Shown here piece by piece: positions 1 through 10,466 of a stretch of 64,000 nucleotides of DNA. The translations under genes were made by a program, and so were the position numbers. The stretch's first letter is position 1. Each line of letters opens with the position of its first letter. Source of the stretch: Sphingobacteriales bacterium. GTDB lineage: Bacteria; Bacteroidota; Bacteroidia; UKL13-3. The stretch is from positions 10,580 to 74,579 of the forward strand of contig JAJTEN010000002.1 in NCBI GenBank assembly GCA_021298155.1. Direction: 5' to 3'. Below the pieces are notes generated by a model. The model was not told the DNA's origin, did not search any database, and was given only the letters and a program-made list of their open reading frames with translations.

Positions 1-1708
1 CCGATGCATTTGGTCCAGATGCAGAAACACCCACATCTATTGGAGGCAATGGATCTACTTTACATTCCATCATTAATCTCGTAGTTGCCCAACCCAAAGG
101 TGCTGCATAAACATTGCCAACACCTAGCGAGGTAACTCCACCGGGAAAGGTTTGTGTCATAAAATAAAACTGCACATCGGGTCTAATTGGAACCTCTGTT
201 TGTGAAGTTCCTAAAAAATAATTTAAGCCATCTACCGATTGACCCCCAGCAATGCCCACAATAACAGATTGATTATTAACTACAGCAGGCATAGTCATAT
301 TAAAAATTAAGGTAGTACCCAAATCGGAGGCTTGTACAATATAATTGGGAGACCGAGCCAATACGCGTCCTGTAGAATCTAGTACAAGTCCGCACACCGT
401 ATCCCCTAAAGCCTCAGAATTAGAAGCTAAAAGTGAGCGCACTTGGGTTACCATACCGCCACCTTGGATGAAATACTTAGCACCCCAAAAATTAGGAATA
501 GTGGTTCCATTACCCCCGCTAGATGGCACCAATGTATCAACATAAGATTGAACATGCTGACCCACTGATAAACTATAAGACCTGTTATTATTGGCTGGGT
601 TATCATCTGAAGGAACAGAAACAGTAATTAAACTCGCCCCTAAAGAAGCAGGATAATAAGGGGCAAAAGCAACATTGGTATTGGCATTAGGTGCCAAACT
701 ACTAATGGTTGCAGTGGTAGTGAAAGTATTTGCCCCACTGATGGTTAAAGTAACCACCAAACCTGTTAGGGTATTAATGCCTGTATTAGCAATGTTTGCT
801 CTGATAGAATCTGGTCTGTAATACGGTAAGGCAACTTTCCCTTGGGCATAAACAGCCCTTACTGATGCATCATTTAACATGAGTGGGGTAAAAGTATATG
901 TTCTTCCAATACCAGGTGCTGGCCCAGCAGGAGTACTGGTAGGATTCCGGTAATTAACTGCATTGTTTAAATAAAAACCCGTATTCGCAACAGCACCGCT
1001 CCAAGCTACAGTTGAACCTTTTACCAAGTGCAAATTTTGATTGGCAACTGTCATACTATTTCCCACAAGTCCAACTGCCGAAAATCGCGCTGCATTTACA
1101 TTAGAGGTACTTGTCCACTTACCATAAACCACTTGAATGACATTGGTTCCCTCATATAATTTTACTTGGAAATTTACAGTATCCCATAAGCCCACAACGC
1201 CTCCTTGTAATTTATCTTTTACATTTTTCCACTGAATGGTACACACCTGTGTACCCGGAAAACCACTCACCTCATATCTAAATGCATCAGTGGGATTTAA
1301 CGGAATTAAATCTTGACCAAAAGCAAAGATAAAACTTGAGTCTCTGCCCAAAGGCGCAGGACTTGTGGCTGCGGTAAACGGACCATTGGCAGGTGGTTGA
1401 GCCATGGTGGTAAATAAAAACTGACGAGAAGCCGTATCTCTCCCCAATTTAATAAAGCCATTTGTGCTAAACGTAAAAGAATCGTAAGAGGCGCCATTGA
1501 AGTTAAAGGTAAAACCAATGGGTAATGGTAAAGAATAACCATCATCCGTATTACTTACACTAATAGCACTTCCATTTGACCCTAAATCAACATAAGAACC
1601 AAGAGAAGTTGTAAAACCACCTGGAAGGTAGTTTAACTGTGCTTTTACCTGAGCTGTAACAAGCAAAAACAAACACAGAAATAATAATTGAGTAAGGTGT
1701 TTTTTCAT
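1..1708 (-). CDS. Large secreted protein (probable T9SS cargo), N-terminal part only; runs off the window start
   Basis: Not in the ORF track because no stop lies in the window. ATG at 1708 opens MKKHLTQLLFLCLFLLVTAQVKAQ (signal peptide). The frame stays open to position 1 with LPIGFTFNFNG and Ig/CARDB-like beta-rich segments. Confidence 0.8.
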   Translation of the reverse strand, partial: MKKHLTQLLFLCLFLLVTAQVKAQLNYLPGGFTTSLGSYVDLGSNGSAISVSNTDDGYSLPLPIGFTFNFNGASYDSFTFSTNGFIKLGRDTASRQFLFTTMAQPPANGPFTAATSPAPLGRDSSFIFAFGQDLIPLNPTDAFRYEVSGFPGTQVCTIQWKNVKDKLQGGVVGLWDTVNFQVKLYEGTNVIQVVYGKWTSTSNVNAARFSAVGLVGNSMTVANQNLHLVKGSTVAWSGAVANTGFYLNNAVNYRNPTSTPAGPAPGIGRTYTFTPLMLNDASVRAVYAQGKVALPYYRPDSIRANIANTGINTLTGLVVTLTISGANTFTTTATISSLAPNANTNVAFAPYYPASLGASLITVSVPSDDNPANNNRSYSLSVGQHVQSYVDTLVPSSGGNGTTIPNFWGAKYFIQGGGMVTQVRSLLASNSEALGDTVCGLVLDSTGRVLARSPNYIVQASDLGTTLIFNMTMPAVVNNQSVIVGIAGGQSVDGLNYFLGTSQTEVPIRPDVQFYFMTQTFPGGVTSLGVGNVYAAPLGWATTRLMMECKVDPLPPIDVGVSASGPNAS

Positions 1709-1881
1709 ACATGTAAAAATTAATTGCTTACTCAATATTAGTAATTAATATCTGATTTTCAAATTATTATTGTTAAAAAGTAAGTAATGATACCCGCATA
1801 AAAAAACAAGAATTTCTACTTAAGCTAATAAAATCAGCCTATGAAAAGCATTTGAAAAAATGGGAATTGATAACTACCCGA

Positions 1882-4371
1882 TTAATATTTTGGACGCCCC
1901 TTTGCCACAGGTTTTTCAATCCATGGATCTTCTGGCCAAGCATGTTTGGGATACCTACGTTTAAGCTCTTTTTTAACTTCATGATAGGTACTATTCCAAA
2001 AACTTCTGAGGTCTGATGTAACCTGCACAGGTTTAAATCCGGGTGAAAGCAAATGCAAAACGACCGCCGTTTTACCTGCATTTATGTTGGGGGTATCTTG
2101 CAAACCAAATACCTCTTGTAAACGAACAGCAAGCACAGGCGTTTCGCCCCTTTCAAAATACATAAGCGCAATACCCGATCCACTTGGCACATGCATCTTT
2201 GCAGGGGCTAACCTATCTAGTTCAAGCTGTTTTTCGTAAGGTAACATGCTTAATATGGCCTGAACCAAATCTATTTTTTTCATATCATCAATGCGCTTTA
2301 CATCTTGTAAAAATGGAGTAAGCCATGAAGCCGGATTTTGTAATAGACTTTCTGTGCACACATTTGGCCAATTTTCTTCGGGGTTCCAAATGCCTAAACT
2401 CAATATCCTGTTTTGGAGTTGGGTTACCTGTTCATCAAAATCAAGTAATTGCTTGCCCTCATTTTGCAGGGCTTTACAAATCGCCTGCACTGCTACATTT
2501 TTATCTACCTGAGCCAATGGTTTAGATTGCAATACAATACTCCCAATACGCAAATCTGTACTGGCTATTAAGCCCCCTTTCCTAGTATCCCAAGTAACTA
2601 CCTCTACTGTTTTAACCAGGCTCCTTAAATCGATTGGGTTAAGCGGAGCAGCTAGAAAGATTTTACCCAAACCATCTCGCGTATCCATGTTAGCAACCGC
2701 CAACCAAGGCTCATGTGCCAAGTCGTCTTTGTGTCCAGCAGCAGCAATTTTACCATTGGCCAATTGAAATTGCGCATTATTGCCAAGCCTTGCACATGCA
2801 ATACGCTCTGGATAGGCATATGCAAGTAAGAGTCCTGTTTCAAAAGCATCATACGCCTCATTGTTTGCCTCAATTGCCAATAGCCTGCGATACGATTCTG
2901 CTACTTTTTCTATTCTACTAAATCCCTTACTAAGCATAGTATTTTGCCTAGCCCTGCGCAGCGCCTCCACCCGTAAATTAATATCTATACCCGCATCTCT
3001 TCCCAGCGGATCTCTTTCTTCGAGCACCGCAGCCACATCACAAGCCAATTGTTTGGCAGCTAAATTGGGTGCTAAAAGTAACATATGGGCAATACGCGGG
3101 TGACAAGCCAACTGGTGAATTTGTTTACCATGTGCGGTTAATTTCCCATTTTCTATGGCCCCAATTTGCACCAACACATCCATCGCCTGAGCAACATGCG
3201 CAGCAGGTGGCTGGCTGATCCAAAACAATTGATTAATATCTTGAATTCCCCATACGAATAAGTCTAATACAAGGGATGCCAAATCTGCTTCCAAAATTTC
3301 TGGCACCCGATGAGATTTTAATCGCGCTTGCGTAGCGGGTGTCCACATTCTATAGCACACACCAGCACTTAACCTACCTGCCCTTCCTGCGCGCTGGTCT
3401 GCAGAATCCTTGGCAATTTGAATGGTTTCTAATCGGCTCAAACCACTTTTAGGATCAAAGCGTTGCATTTTACTAAAGCCAGAGTCGACCACAATTTTCA
3501 CCCCTTCAATGGTTAAACTTGTTTCGGCAATGGAAGTAGCCAAAACAATTTTTCGTTTACCCCCTTTGTTGGGCATTATCGCGGCAAATTGTTGTGCTTG
3601 CGGCAACATGCCATAGAGTGGATGAATCGCAAATGTGTTGGCATCAGGCTTTAACAACTCTGCAGTCTTTCTTATTTCTCCTTCTCCTGGTAAAAAGACC
3701 AAAATATCACCTGCATGTTTTTTAGCAGATTCTAACACCAAACGTGCTGTAATCTCTGGCAACAAACGCTCATCTTGATCGCCTGCATAAAAAATATCTA
3801 CCGGATATTGTTTGCCCTCACTGGTTAAAACCGGGGCTTGTAATTGTTCATTAATAGCCTGCGCATTTAAGGTTGCGCTCATAATAAGAATGCGTAAATC
3901 TGGCCGCAAAACTTGCTGCGATTCTCTACATAATGCCAAAGATAAATCGGCATGAATGCTGCGCTCATGAAACTCATCAAAAATAACCAAGCCAATATCT
4001 TCAAGGGCGTTATCCGACTGAAGCATACGGGTTAGAATACCTTCAGTAACTACAATAATCTTATTGCTGGGCTTTACCCGATTCTCGAAGCGAATCTGAT
4101 ATCCAATACGTTCTCCAATTTCTTCACCTAAAAGCTCTGCCATTCGGTAAGCCACACTGCGTGTGGCTAATCTGCGTGGCTCTAAAACAATAATTTTTTT
4201 ACCTTGTAAATAGGGCTCATCCATTAATGCAAGCGGTAAGATAGTGCTCTTGCCGGCTCCTGGCGGGGCTTGAACCAAAAGGGTATTCTGTTTTAATAAC
4301 TGCAATTTTACATCAGGAATAATGGCAGTAATAGGCAAATTTACTTGGGCAGTATCAAATTTCAATTGCAA
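1882..4371 (-). CDS. hrpB: ATP-dependent helicase HrpB
   Basis: APPGAGKS Walker A, DEFHER, MSAT, QRAGRAGR, and the HrpB C-terminal LAVRLQEVFG...RYPKHAWPEDP. Confidence 0.95.
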   Translation of the reverse strand: MQLKFDTAQVNLPITAIIPDVKLQLLKQNTLLVQAPPGAGKSTILPLALMDEPYLQGKKIIVLEPRRLATRSVAYRMAELLGEEIGERIGYQIRFENRVKPSNKIIVVTEGILTRMLQSDNALEDIGLVIFDEFHERSIHADLSLALCRESQQVLRPDLRILIMSATLNAQAINEQLQAPVLTSEGKQYPVDIFYAGDQDERLLPEITARLVLESAKKHAGDILVFLPGEGEIRKTAELLKPDANTFAIHPLYGMLPQAQQFAAIMPNKGGKRKIVLATSIAETSLTIEGVKIVVDSGFSKMQRFDPKSGLSRLETIQIAKDSADQRAGRAGRLSAGVCYRMWTPATQARLKSHRVPEILEADLASLVLDLFVWGIQDINQLFWISQPPAAHVAQAMDVLVQIGAIENGKLTAHGKQIHQLACHPRIAHMLLLAPNLAAKQLACDVAAVLEERDPLGRDAGIDINLRVEALRRARQNTMLSKGFSRIEKVAESYRRLLAIEANNEAYDAFETGLLLAYAYPERIACARLGNNAQFQLANGKIAAAGHKDDLAHEPWLAVANMDTRDGLGKIFLAAPLNPIDLRSLVKTVEVVTWDTRKGGLIASTDLRIGSIVLQSKPLAQVDKNVAVQAICKALQNEGKQLLDFDEQVTQLQNRILSLGIWNPEENWPNVCTESLLQNPASWLTPFLQDVKRIDDMKKIDLVQAILSMLPYEKQLELDRLAPAKMHVPSGSGIALMYFERGETPVLAVRLQEVFGLQDTPNINAGKTAVVLHLLSPGFKPVQVTSDLRSFWNSTYHEVKKELKRRYPKHAWPEDPWIEKPVAKGRPKY

Positions 4372-4502
4372 TCTATTTTAGCTTACAAAGGTAAAGGGCT
4401 TAATCCTAATTACAACATTCAAGCCTATGCTGCGTATGCATTTTTATTTTCAATTGGTGATTTACAATGCAAAGATTACCTTGCTCCATATTTGGTTCTC
4501 AC

Positions 4503-6677
4503 ATGAATTCAGCAAATCATATTTGGCGTTTCGCCACCATTGGCGGAGTTAAGCGCGTTAATTTAGATTCGGGTGCAGATTTATTGGCATTGGATACCTT
4601 AGATCAAAAACTATGGACAGCATTAAGCTGCCCCGTGAATGGCTTAGAAATAGACCCTCGCACCCTTCAGTTAATAGATACCAACAAGGATCAAAAAATT
4701 AGAGTTCCTGAAATTTTAGCTGCTGTAAAATGGGTACTACAGTTATTAAAAAATCCAGATGATTTATTGGCTGGATCGAGCATACTGTATTTAGATGCGA
4801 TTAATACAGACACCAAAGAGGGGAAAGAAATTTATGCCAGTGCAAAAACCATTTTAAATAACCTAGGAAAAGGCAATCAAAATTTTATAGCTATTGAAGA
4901 TACCCTTGATACGGTTCAGATTTTTGCAGGCACCTCTTTTAATGGAGATGGTATTATTACAATAGACAGCACCGCCAACCATAGTCTAAAGCGCTTAATT
5001 GAAGAAATTTGCACGAACATTGGTTTTCGGCAAGACAGAGGAGGAAAAAACGGAATAGATAGAACGCTACTTGAAACGTTTTTTGATACCTGTACAAATT
5101 ATTATGCTTGGCAAATTGAAGCTGAAGAAAAGTCGACCGAGATATTACCATTTGGCCAAGATACCCCAACTGCCTACGCCGCTTATTTAGCAGTAAGAGC
5201 AAAAATAGATGATTACTTTTTAAGGTGCAGTTTAGCTGCATTCGACCCCAATACAACGGATATTTTAAATCAATTAAACGCACGCGTTGCCAGTATTGCT
5301 CATGAAGATTTAACAGATAAAGTGGATGAAATTCGCAATTATCCATTAGCAAAAATTGAAGCGGGTAAAGCACTAAACTTAAGGGTTGGCATTAATCCCA
5401 TTTGGCAACACGAAATGAAACAATTTTCGCAAATCATTTTTGGATCAAACCAAGAAACCCTAACAGAAACCGCTTGGAATGCACTCAAAATTACTTTTAC
5501 TGGCTACGAGCAATGGCGCAATAAAGAAACAGGAAATGAGGTGGCTTCATTAGGCATGGAGCGAATAAAGGAAATTCTGCATAGTAATTACAAAGCGGAT
5601 TTAGCGCAATTAATTATTGAAGATGAAGCCATTTGTCAGGAAGCCGAGAGTATCATGCTGGTTAATAAATTAGCTCAATATAACAGAGACTTATTTACTT
5701 TACTGAGAAACTTTGTAAGCTTCAATGATTTTTATATGCCAGGGAAAAAAGCCATTTTCCAATCTGGCACCTTATACATAGATCAACGCAGTTGCGATTT
5801 ATGTTTGCAAGTAAACGATTTAGAAAGACACAATAACTTGGTTAGCCATAGCGGAATGTTCTTAATTTATTGTACATGTGTTTGCCGATCTACCGCCAAA
5901 GAAATTATTATTGTTGCTGCGCTCACCAATGGCGATATAGACAATTTAATTGTTGGCCGAAATGCCTTGTTTTATGATAGAAGCGGGCAAGATTGGGATG
6001 CAACTGTGATAAAAATTATTGATAATCCCATTAGTATTAGACAAGCATTCTGGACACCATACAGAAAAATCTCCCAATTTGTTCGAACCCAAATCAATCA
6101 TTTTGCGGCAGCACAAGATAATAAGGCACAACTCCAAGCAGCGAGTACCATCCATAAAACAACTGAAAAAATAGACGAACAAGCTCCTGCCAATACAGGT
6201 AAACATGAGGTTAGTGCAGATAAAAACAGTTCTAATCCCACACCTTTTGATATTGGTAAGTTTGTTGGAATTTTTGCAGCCATAAGTTTGGCTTTAGGCG
6301 CTTTAGGAGGTGCACTAACCTCGATAGTTGGCGGTTTTATGTCGTTAATCTGGTGGAAAATGCCATTGGCTTTATTGGGTGTTGTGCTGCTCATTTCCGG
6401 ACCATCAATGTTAATGGCTTACCTTAAATTACGTAAACGAAACTTAGCACCACTGTTAGACGCAAATGGTTGGGCCATAAATGCACGCGCTACGGTAAAT
6501 ATAAGATTTGGAAATTTATTAACCCAAATTGCAAGTATACCATTGGATGCAGAGCTAAATTTAAATGATCCATTTAGTAAGCAAAGGGTGCCACTTTGGA
6601 AACTTGCAATAGTATTTGGTGTTGCAATTGCTTTAATTACTTACCTACTAATAAAATATTGGTTCAGGTTCTATTAA
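4503..6677 (+). CDS. Conserved hypothetical protein with an EF-hand-like loop and C-terminal transmembrane helices
   Basis: Long ORF; DTNKDQKIRVPE fits an EF-hand loop; hydrophobic segments near the C-terminus. Start set at the ATG of MNSANH. Confidence 0.75.
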   Translation: MNSANHIWRFATIGGVKRVNLDSGADLLALDTLDQKLWTALSCPVNGLEIDPRTLQLIDTNKDQKIRVPEILAAVKWVLQLLKNPDDLLAGSSILYLDAINTDTKEGKEIYASAKTILNNLGKGNQNFIAIEDTLDTVQIFAGTSFNGDGIITIDSTANHSLKRLIEEICTNIGFRQDRGGKNGIDRTLLETFFDTCTNYYAWQIEAEEKSTEILPFGQDTPTAYAAYLAVRAKIDDYFLRCSLAAFDPNTTDILNQLNARVASIAHEDLTDKVDEIRNYPLAKIEAGKALNLRVGINPIWQHEMKQFSQIIFGSNQETLTETAWNALKITFTGYEQWRNKETGNEVASLGMERIKEILHSNYKADLAQLIIEDEAICQEAESIMLVNKLAQYNRDLFTLLRNFVSFNDFYMPGKKAIFQSGTLYIDQRSCDLCLQVNDLERHNNLVSHSGMFLIYCTCVCRSTAKEIIIVAALTNGDIDNLIVGRNALFYDRSGQDWDATVIKIIDNPISIRQAFWTPYRKISQFVRTQINHFAAAQDNKAQLQAASTIHKTTEKIDEQAPANTGKHEVSADKNSSNPTPFDIGKFVGIFAAISLALGALGGALTSIVGGFMSLIWWKMPLALLGVVLLISGPSMLMAYLKLRKRNLAPLLDANGWAINARATVNIRFGNLLTQIASIPLDAELNLNDPFSKQRVPLWKLAIVFGVAIALITYLLIKYWFRFY

Positions 6678-6695
6678 TAAAAAATTAAATACGCA

Positions 6696-7946
6696 TCAAA
6701 ATGATTCTCCTAGGTTAATAAAAAAGCCTTGCGAACCATTTATGCCAAAACCATAATCGATGGCTAAATTGGTTGCAGATTTTTTATTCATTTTGATACG
6801 CAGACCTAAACCGCCAGCCGGCACCAATATTTGATCTGAGCGCATAGGATTTCCTGTAAAGTATTGCAAATTGCCAAATACCACCCCGCCAAGAATTCCG
6901 CTAGGTAAAATTCGATACCTAAATTCTCCTTCCAAATAAAACATATCGCTTCCTCTAAATCTGCTTTGAATGTATCCCCTACCCGTATTAAAATTATCAT
7001 CCCAACCCGTACTAGGCAGCATTAAATAATGTGGGTTGCCATTTAAGGTAAACCAATTGTGACTCCAAATGGCGAGTACATTTTTGGCCCTTCCAGGTAA
7101 GGTAAAAAACTTTCGAATTTCTATGAGTCCGCTCCTCCACCTGCTATCCCCTCCCAACAGCGGAGTGTTATCGCGCACCAATAAAGAGGCATATAATCCT
7201 TTCAGTGGGTTAATGAGTCTTGGTCTGCTATCATAGGTAATTTTTACTACCAATCCAGATGCTAAGGCCTCTTCATCTAAGTTTAAACCAATAAATGCTG
7301 GCGTTCCCCGGTGCCTGGTATTGCTTACTTCTCTAATTTTCCAGAACCTATCAAAGTAATATCCTAGTCCAACATACACATTAGGCCTTATCTTTCGCAT
7401 AATTGTTTCATGCATTTTCAAATACAAAAAATTAAGGGCTGAAGGAGGCGCATCTAATGCACGTTCGCCGATACCAAAAGTTAAAGAAGGATATTTAAGA
7501 AAGCGGTTATCAGACGTAATGTGATATTTATTTTTGGGAGTCCAAATACTCAACACCAAAGGAAGTAAAAGCTGTTTATATTGCGTATAAGAAATCAACG
7601 TATAAAAACTAGACGGGTTGGTAGAAGCACCTTTTGCAGTTTTAAATACCCCGTTTCCGGCAATAAAAGTTGAAAAACCGGTTTGCAGCGCATAGCCGAT
7701 ACCGGGTATTACAGCGAGGTGTAATTTTTTATGCATCAAAATAGAATCCCTATCGCGTTTTTTTAAAGGACTAGATTTACATAAACTCCAAACATCACTC
7801 AGGTCTTTCTCTATGCTATCGATAGCTTCTTCGGCATCAGGATTTGTTGGGTTGACAATAGGTTCAGCGATTGAATTAAATTCCTGGGCATGGGCATCAA
7901 CCATTACTAAAAAGAGCAGGAATAAGCTGAAAATTATGCGTTTCAT
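6696..7946 (-). CDS. BamA/TamA (Omp85) family outer-membrane barrel protein without POTRA domains
   Basis: Signal peptide; GRGYIQSRFRG (variant of the Omp85 RGY motif); C-terminal IDYGFG...FFINLGESF. Confidence 0.8.
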   Translation of the reverse strand: MKRIIFSLFLLFLVMVDAHAQEFNSIAEPIVNPTNPDAEEAIDSIEKDLSDVWSLCKSSPLKKRDRDSILMHKKLHLAVIPGIGYALQTGFSTFIAGNGVFKTAKGASTNPSSFYTLISYTQYKQLLLPLVLSIWTPKNKYHITSDNRFLKYPSLTFGIGERALDAPPSALNFLYLKMHETIMRKIRPNVYVGLGYYFDRFWKIREVSNTRHRGTPAFIGLNLDEEALASGLVVKITYDSRPRLINPLKGLYASLLVRDNTPLLGGDSRWRSGLIEIRKFFTLPGRAKNVLAIWSHNWFTLNGNPHYLMLPSTGWDDNFNTGRGYIQSRFRGSDMFYLEGEFRYRILPSGILGGVVFGNLQYFTGNPMRSDQILVPAGGLGLRIKMNKKSATNLAIDYGFGINGSQGFFINLGESF

Positions 7947-8051
7947 TACTTAGCGTGAGCTACAAATGTAAAAAAAAGATTGAAAAGCAATACTTTTGCC
8001 GCCCAGTTGATTGTACTGTTGTATGTTCAATCAATGAATTATTAAACCACC

Positions 8052-9574
8052 ATGAGTCTCAAAAAAGAAATAGATAAACGAAAAACTTTTGCCATTATCT
8101 CTCACCCCGATGCAGGTAAAACTACCTTAACCGAGAAGTTTTTATTATTTGGCGGTGCTATTCAGGTGGCAGGTGCTGTAAAAAGCAACAAAATAAAAAA
8201 AACCTCTACCTCAGATTTCATGGAAATTGAAAAACAACGTGGAATTTCTGTGGCAACTTCGGTAATGGCTTTTGAATACCAAGATAAACGCGTTAATATT
8301 TTAGATACACCTGGACATAAAGATTTTGCTGAAGACACTTATAGAACGCTAACAGCAGTAGACAGTGTAATATTGGTGATTGATTCTGTAAAAGGTGTTG
8401 AGGAACAAACTAAAAGATTGGTTGAAGTATGTAGGATGCGAAACACGCCCGTTATTATTTTTATTAATAAAATGGACAGAGAAGGTAAAGACCCATTTGA
8501 TTTAATAGAAGAAATAGACCAAACCCTACACATACAAACTAGGCCACTTACATGGCCAATTAACCAGGGAGCAACCTTTAAAGGGGTTTACAATTTATTT
8601 CGAAACAGCCTAAATTTATTTGAATCAAATAAAACGCAATTGGCAGATGAGGTAATTAATATAGCCGATTTAAATGGAGATGAAATAGTTGGATACGTAG
8701 GCGAAAAAGATACCCAAAAACTACGCGAAGATGTTGAGTTAATTAATGGCGTTTTTGAACCCTTTGATGTTGAATTATACCAAAGTGGCTTATTGGCACC
8801 TGTATTTTTTGGTTCAGCCATTAATAATTTTGGGATACAAGAATTACTAGAAACGTTTTTAGAAATTGCTCCTAGTCCGCGTAACCGCGAAGCACTAGAA
8901 CGCATGGTAGCAGCAGATGAACCCAAGTTAAGTGGCTTTATTTTTAAAATTCATGCCAACTTAGATCCCAACCATAGAGATCGCATTGCCTTTATGCGCA
9001 TTTGCTCTGGCAAGTTTGAACGCAATACGTTTTATTACCATACGCGTACCAACAAAAAGCTAAAATTCCGGGCGATGTAATTGGCTTATACGATAGCGGC
9101 AACTTTAAAATTGGCGATACCCTTACAGAAGGAGAAAATCTGCATTTTAAAGGTATACCTAGTTTTTCACCCGAAATTTTTAAGGAGCTAGAGAACCGAG
9201 ATCCAATGAAAACCAAACAGCTAGAAAAAGGCATTTCACAATTAAGTGAAGAGGGCGTTGCACAGTTGTTTATTCAAAATCCCGGTAATAGAAAAATTAT
9301 TGGTACGGTAGGCGAACTTCAATTTGAGGTAATCCAATTTAGGCTTGAACACGAATACGGCGCCAAATGTGCTTTTATTCCACTCAAGTTTTGGAAGGCA
9401 TTCTGGATTACCTGTAGCGATAAAAAAATGCTGGAAACCTTCATGCACCGCAAAGCCTACGCAATTGTACATGATAAAGAAGGTAATCCCGTTTTCTTGG
9501 CAGAAAGTGAATGGAATATTACCCTATCTAAGAACGATTTCCCGGATATTGAGTTTCATACCATTTCGGAGTAA
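8052..9574 (+). pseudogene. prfC: Peptide chain release factor 3, disrupted by an internal deletion and frameshift near 9068 (or an assembly error)
   Basis: [26 protein letters not shown], and later [12 protein letters not shown]. After KKLKF the conserved [19 protein letters not shown] continues in another frame, and the intervening residues are absent. Confidence 0.88.
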
Positions 9575-9712
9575 GAGTCCAGAATCCAGAGTCCAGATTT
9601 TAGATTTTTAGAAGCGAGAGACGAGAAGCGAGATATTTTTTATTCTCGTCTCTCGCCTCTCGCTTCTCGTCTCTAAAGAAGACTGGATTCTGGATTCTGG
9701 ACTCTGGACTCT
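9574..9712. repeat. Nested inverted repeat built of heptamer tandem units; likely a bidirectional terminator
   Basis: GA(G/A)TCCA x3, then GA(AG/GA)CGA x3, loop, TCG(TC/CC/CT)TC x4, then TGGA(T/C)TC x4, between convergent genes. Confidence 0.9.
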
Positions 9713-9724
9713 ATATTCTAAAAG

Positions 9725-10465
9725 CTACAATTTCGTTTGAGCCAGCAAATCAGCTTCACTAATCAAACCTTTATTGCTCCACACCAATTTGCCCTCTTTA
9801 TACAGTTCCAAATAAGGTATTCCTTCAATGCCTTTAGATTGAAGTAAATCTGGATTATCATCGGCATCAATTTTAATAAGAACCAATTTATCTTTTTTCT
9901 CTTCTGCTACCTTATCTAAAATAGGCGATAACTTTTTACATGGACCGCACCATACGGCATTAAAATCTATCAATACATACTTATCGCCATAAGATGCTAT
10001 CGTTTTTAAATAGTCGGCCTCCGTTAATCCTTTTACCATAGGCGCTCCATTTTCTGCTGAAGCTTGATTGGTAACAAGCGGTTTTTTGGCATTATTCCAA
10101 GCCATAATACCGGGCATTTCATAAATGGTTGCAAACCCACTTTTTTGCAAGGTAGCAACAGCACCTGCGCTTCTTCCGCCTGATAGGCAATAAACAAATA
10201 CCGCTTTTGTTTTGTCTAACGTAGCAATTTTTTGCTCAAAATCTGAAGCATTCACATCCATATTAATAGCATTGGCAACATGGCCAGATGCATATTCTTC
10301 AGCTGTACGCACATCAATAATCTGAGCACCCGCTGTATTTGTAATTAATTTTTCAAACTCATCGGGTGAAACCTTTCCGCCTTTGCTGCTTTGTTGCGAA
10401 CAAGCACTTACTAATACAACTGCCATAAAAAACAGTGCCCCTAATTTTTGATTTAATTGATTCAT
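9725..10465 (-). CDS. Lipoprotein, rhodanese plus thioredoxin fusion
   Basis: Lipobox VSAC; IIDVRTAEEYASGH...YCLSGGRS rhodanese; WCGPC thioredoxin. Confidence 0.9.
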   Translation of the reverse strand: MNQLNQKLGALFFMAVVLVSACSQQSSKGGKVSPDEFEKLITNTAGAQIIDVRTAEEYASGHVANAINMDVNASDFEQKIATLDKTKAVFVYCLSGGRSAGAVATLQKSGFATIYEMPGIMAWNNAKKPLVTNQASAENGAPMVKGLTEADYLKTIASYGDKYVLIDFNAVWCGPCKKLSPILDKVAEEKKDKLVLIKIDADDNPDLLQSKGIEGIPYLELYKEGKLVWSNKGLISEADLLAQTKL

Positions 10466-10466
10466 A

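Noticed and set aside
345-1545. Short ORFs 345-545 (+) and 1306-1545 (-)
   Set aside because: Shadow or out-of-frame ORFs of the long minus-strand gene 1-1708.
9206-9574. 122-aa ORF as an independent gene, or prfC as a programmed frameshift
   Set aside because: It is the RF3 C-terminus; residues are missing at the junction, so recoding cannot restore the protein.
9574-9712. Possible CRISPR array
   Set aside because: 7-bp units in inverted arrangement, no spacers, no cas genes.
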